Source: Phaeosaccion multiseriatum (lineage: Eukaryota > Protista > Ochrophyta, other classes). From it: a stretch of 64,000 bases of DNA. Of the stretch, positions 61,207 through 64,000 are shown piece by piece. Both the position numbers and the translations under genes were made by a program. The stretch is taken from the NCBI GenBank assembly GCA_965112735.1, contig OZ218951.1, forward strand, positions 5,642,001 to 5,706,000, written 5' to 3'. Under the pieces are notes generated by a model. That model was not told the origin of the DNA and did no database searches. It worked only from the letters and a program-made list of their open reading frames with translations. The number at the start of each line of letters is the position of its first letter. Position 1 is the first letter of the stretch.

Positions 61207-63537
61207 TCAGCAGTCATCGAAGCGTCCAGACCCGCAGAAGCGGCACAGAAGCTCACCACCGGCGTTGCAGCCCAGCCCGCCACTCGCGCAGGACGGGTCG
61301 CGTACGCACGTGAGTGCTTCTCCGCTGGGGAGGAAGCCAGGGCACTCGCAGTCAGCCTCCTCGCTCTCCTCGCTCTCCTCGCTCTCCTCGCTCTCCTCGC
61401 TATCCTCGCTATCCTCCGCCCCGAAGTCTCCACTGCTGCAGCTGATGTTCTCAAAGCGAGCGAACTCGCAGAAGCGGCAAGACTCTTGTCCTGTAGGCAG
61501 CCAGCAGCCAAGAGGCACACAACGGGGCAGCGTAAGGGGCGAGCCAGGGAGGGGCGGGGTTCGACCAGTTTAGCAGCATACAGACAGTCAAGTCAAGCCA
61601 AGCCAAGCGCTCTAGCAAGCAAAGAAAGAAGCGCACTCACTCCCTCACTACCCACGCCACGCCACACCACTCGCTTACCCAAGGCGTTGCAACCGAGGCC
61701 TCCATTCGCGCAGGACGAGTCCGTCATACAGGGCTCGTTGGGGTTGGCTGAGGCGCATGCGAGGGTGCAGGGGTCCTCCCCGGGCACAGGCGCACTGTCT
61801 GTGGTGGTCCCGCAGAGGGAGGCATCCACGGGGGACTCCGAGTCTACATATGCCTCCAGCATAAAGGCGGCTGCGATCTCATGCCCCTTATCGCTGAAGT
61901 GCGGGGTGCCGTCAAAGAAGAGGTAGGAGTCCGGGTCGTCGCACAGCTTTGCGCAGCCCGCCACTGTGGTACCCGAGACGTCCTCGCAACTCAAACCAGT
62001 GTTGACGATGCCCGCGTCGCGGATGCAGGACGAGAACTCCAGAGTGCCCTACACATGACAATGTTTTGTTTCCAAGGCGAAGGGAAGGAGCAGCTCAGGG
62101 GGAGGTGTGTTGTGCGCTTATATATTTCACACCATTCGGCGGGATGGATCCTCATGAAGAAGCAGCAACGGTGCCGAAATGTAACGAATGAAACGAACCG
62201 TAAGTAAGGAGAAGACCGGAAGCAAGGACTTAACATACTTACCCATCAAGTCCATCATTTCATTTCTTTCCCCCGCCATCTTACCTCCGCCTCTCCGACG
62301 GCCACCATACAGGGTGTGGTAACGTCGAGTCCCTCCACCACAGCCTGGTCAACGGTCTTGCGCACCACGCTGTTGAGATCCATATAGCGGATGTCAGCAC
62401 AGGGCAGGGCCTGCCTCAGCTGCGCAATGACGGCCTGCGTAGTACTGTCAATGCCCGCGGAGAGCTGCGTTGCAACCGCCAGCCCGGCCTCCAAGCTGCC
62501 GAAGGTGCTCAGGATAAGCGCCTCTAGGGCAGGGAGCTGACCAACTCGGGTTGTGAACTCTTCGGGCTCGATGGAAGAGCCCCACACGTACACAGTCTCG
62601 GGCTGTGTGGCCATCAGCGTCTGCAGGTTGGCGCCCAGCTCGCTCGCATAGAGCGTCAGGAAGTCGGTGGGGGACGTGCCGTCTGCTGCGTCGAAGAAGT
62701 TGGCCACGTCGTTCTTGCCCGTGATAATGGACACCTCGTCGGACAGGGGAGTTGGCCCCGTAGCGATGTAGGCTGCGACCTATGAGAGGGGCGAGGAGAG
62801 AGCGGAGGGGTAGGGGAGTAGAGGTAGCGTGGAGGGAGGGGGGAGAAGAGTGGTGTAACGGTGAGCTCGGCCCAAAGCCCTGGGCGCGTTGACGTGGCGG
62901 GTAGGGGCACTCTCTCTCTCTCAATCTCGCCCGATATGAGCAGACCCCCACTCAAAGTGGAGCAGCAGCGACGGAGGAAGGCGGGCACCACTACAGAGTC
63001 TATTCAGTCACCGCGTGAGAAAGGCCACCGCCCCACAACAAGCACCGCCATGTTCGTACCTGCTCCGCCAGCGATCCGGGGAAGAAACCGGGAGAGTAGG
63101 CCGCCGTGGTGGTACCGCCCGCAACGGCAAAGCTCACCACCTCCTCGTCCACCCCGTCTTGCTCGACAATGTGCTCCCACCACATCAGCCCATTGCTGAG
63201 CGCGCCATCGCAGTAGGGCGGCATCGAGGGGAAAACACCTCCGGTAACAGCAAAGATATTGCCCTTGTCCGTATAGCTGTCTGCTCCCGCGCCACGAGCC
63301 AGCGTCGCGGAGGGGGTGGGGGGGGGAGGGGGCAGAGAACATGAAGAGGAAAGAGGAGGAGTGTGTATCATTCATCATCTCATCTCAAAGAAGAGGTTCC
63401 CGACGGGGAAGAGTCAGGAGTGTTAAATTTTTTGCAGCCCCTCCCCGCTACTACTCACCTCCGAGCAGGATCTGCCTCCCGGCCACCACCGACGCCATAC
63501 CCACCAAAGCCAACACACGAGGGCCCATCTGCGGCAT
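61207..63537 (-). CDS. Secreted GDSL/SGNH esterase-lipase with C-terminal Cys-rich repeats; multi-exon
   Basis: Spliced block I 'ILLG|DSYTDKGN', 'LSNGLMWWEHI', 'FAVAGGT', block III 'ITGKNDV', block V 'YLFFDGTPHFS'; two 'D.SCA.GGLGCNA.G...CRFC' repeats. Confidence 0.8.
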
Positions 63538-63922
63538 TTTTTTTCCCCCTCTCTCCGGCTTCCTTGTGATACGATCGTATGGAGAGAGATTGAAGATTGA
63601 AGAGGGGCAGAAAGAGGGTACACTGTAGGGATGTAGGGAGAGGCTATCCGGAAGTGAGTGGGAAGTTGGGAAAGTGATCGGGCAGGCTGCTCGGTGCGAA
63701 TATTTCGAAGATGGCACTGCACGCGCGAAAAATGCGAAAAAATACAACAGACACTCAGGGGGGACTTCGGCGCCCTTCAGAACTTTCCCAACTCTCTCCT
63801 TTTTCCTGAACTTCCCACACTCACTTCCGGATAGACGTCTGAACCTCTCCCTCTTTCTGCCCCTCTTCAAGCTCTTCTCCATACGATCGTATCACAAGGA
63901 GGCGGGAGAGAGGGGGAAAAAA

Positions 63923-64000
63923 ATGCCGCAGATGGGCCCTCGTGTGTTGGCTTTGCTCGGTATGGCGTCGGTGGTGGCCGGGAGGCAGATCCTGTTCGGA
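63923..64000 (+). CDS. Start of a second, inverted GDSL lipase copy (partial)
   Basis: MPQMGPRVLALLGMASVVAGRQILFG is nearly identical to the minus-strand copy starting at 63537. Confidence 0.75.
   Translation, partial: MPQMGPRVLALLGMASVVAGRQILFG

Overview
Eukaryotic, GC-rich, intron- and microsatellite-rich genomic DNA, most likely from a photosynthetic stramenopile (ochrophyte alga). This is inferred from bipartite signal+F-motif plastid presequences and the H2B N-terminus. It is not prokaryotic: I saw no CRISPR arrays, rRNA or tRNA. About 20 genes are present, mostly in head-to-head pairs: an NTE/PNPLA-like protein (partial), a GNAT acetyltransferase, two disrupted ankyrin paralogs, a plastid protein with two DUF1415-like repeats, a PTPMT1-like phosphatase, an LRR protein, RPAP1, two intronless Kelch/BC-box paralogs, a USP, MICU, an ankyrin-SAM protein, two small spliced proteins, histones H2B/H2A, exportin-T, RPA43 and an inverted pair of GDSL lipases. 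The most notable observations are: (1) both histone genes carry a metazoan-geometry 3' stem-loop plus a shared downstream 10-mer resembling a U7-type histone downstream element, yet H2B has an intron; (2) a bacterial-type GNAT appears to have gained a plastid presequence through a local segmental duplication; (3) a small TIR element family with a 7-bp target-site duplication; and (4) several fixed 10-15-nt words dispersed through exons (in different frames) and introns. All exon structures were read by eye and need RNA-seq confirmation.
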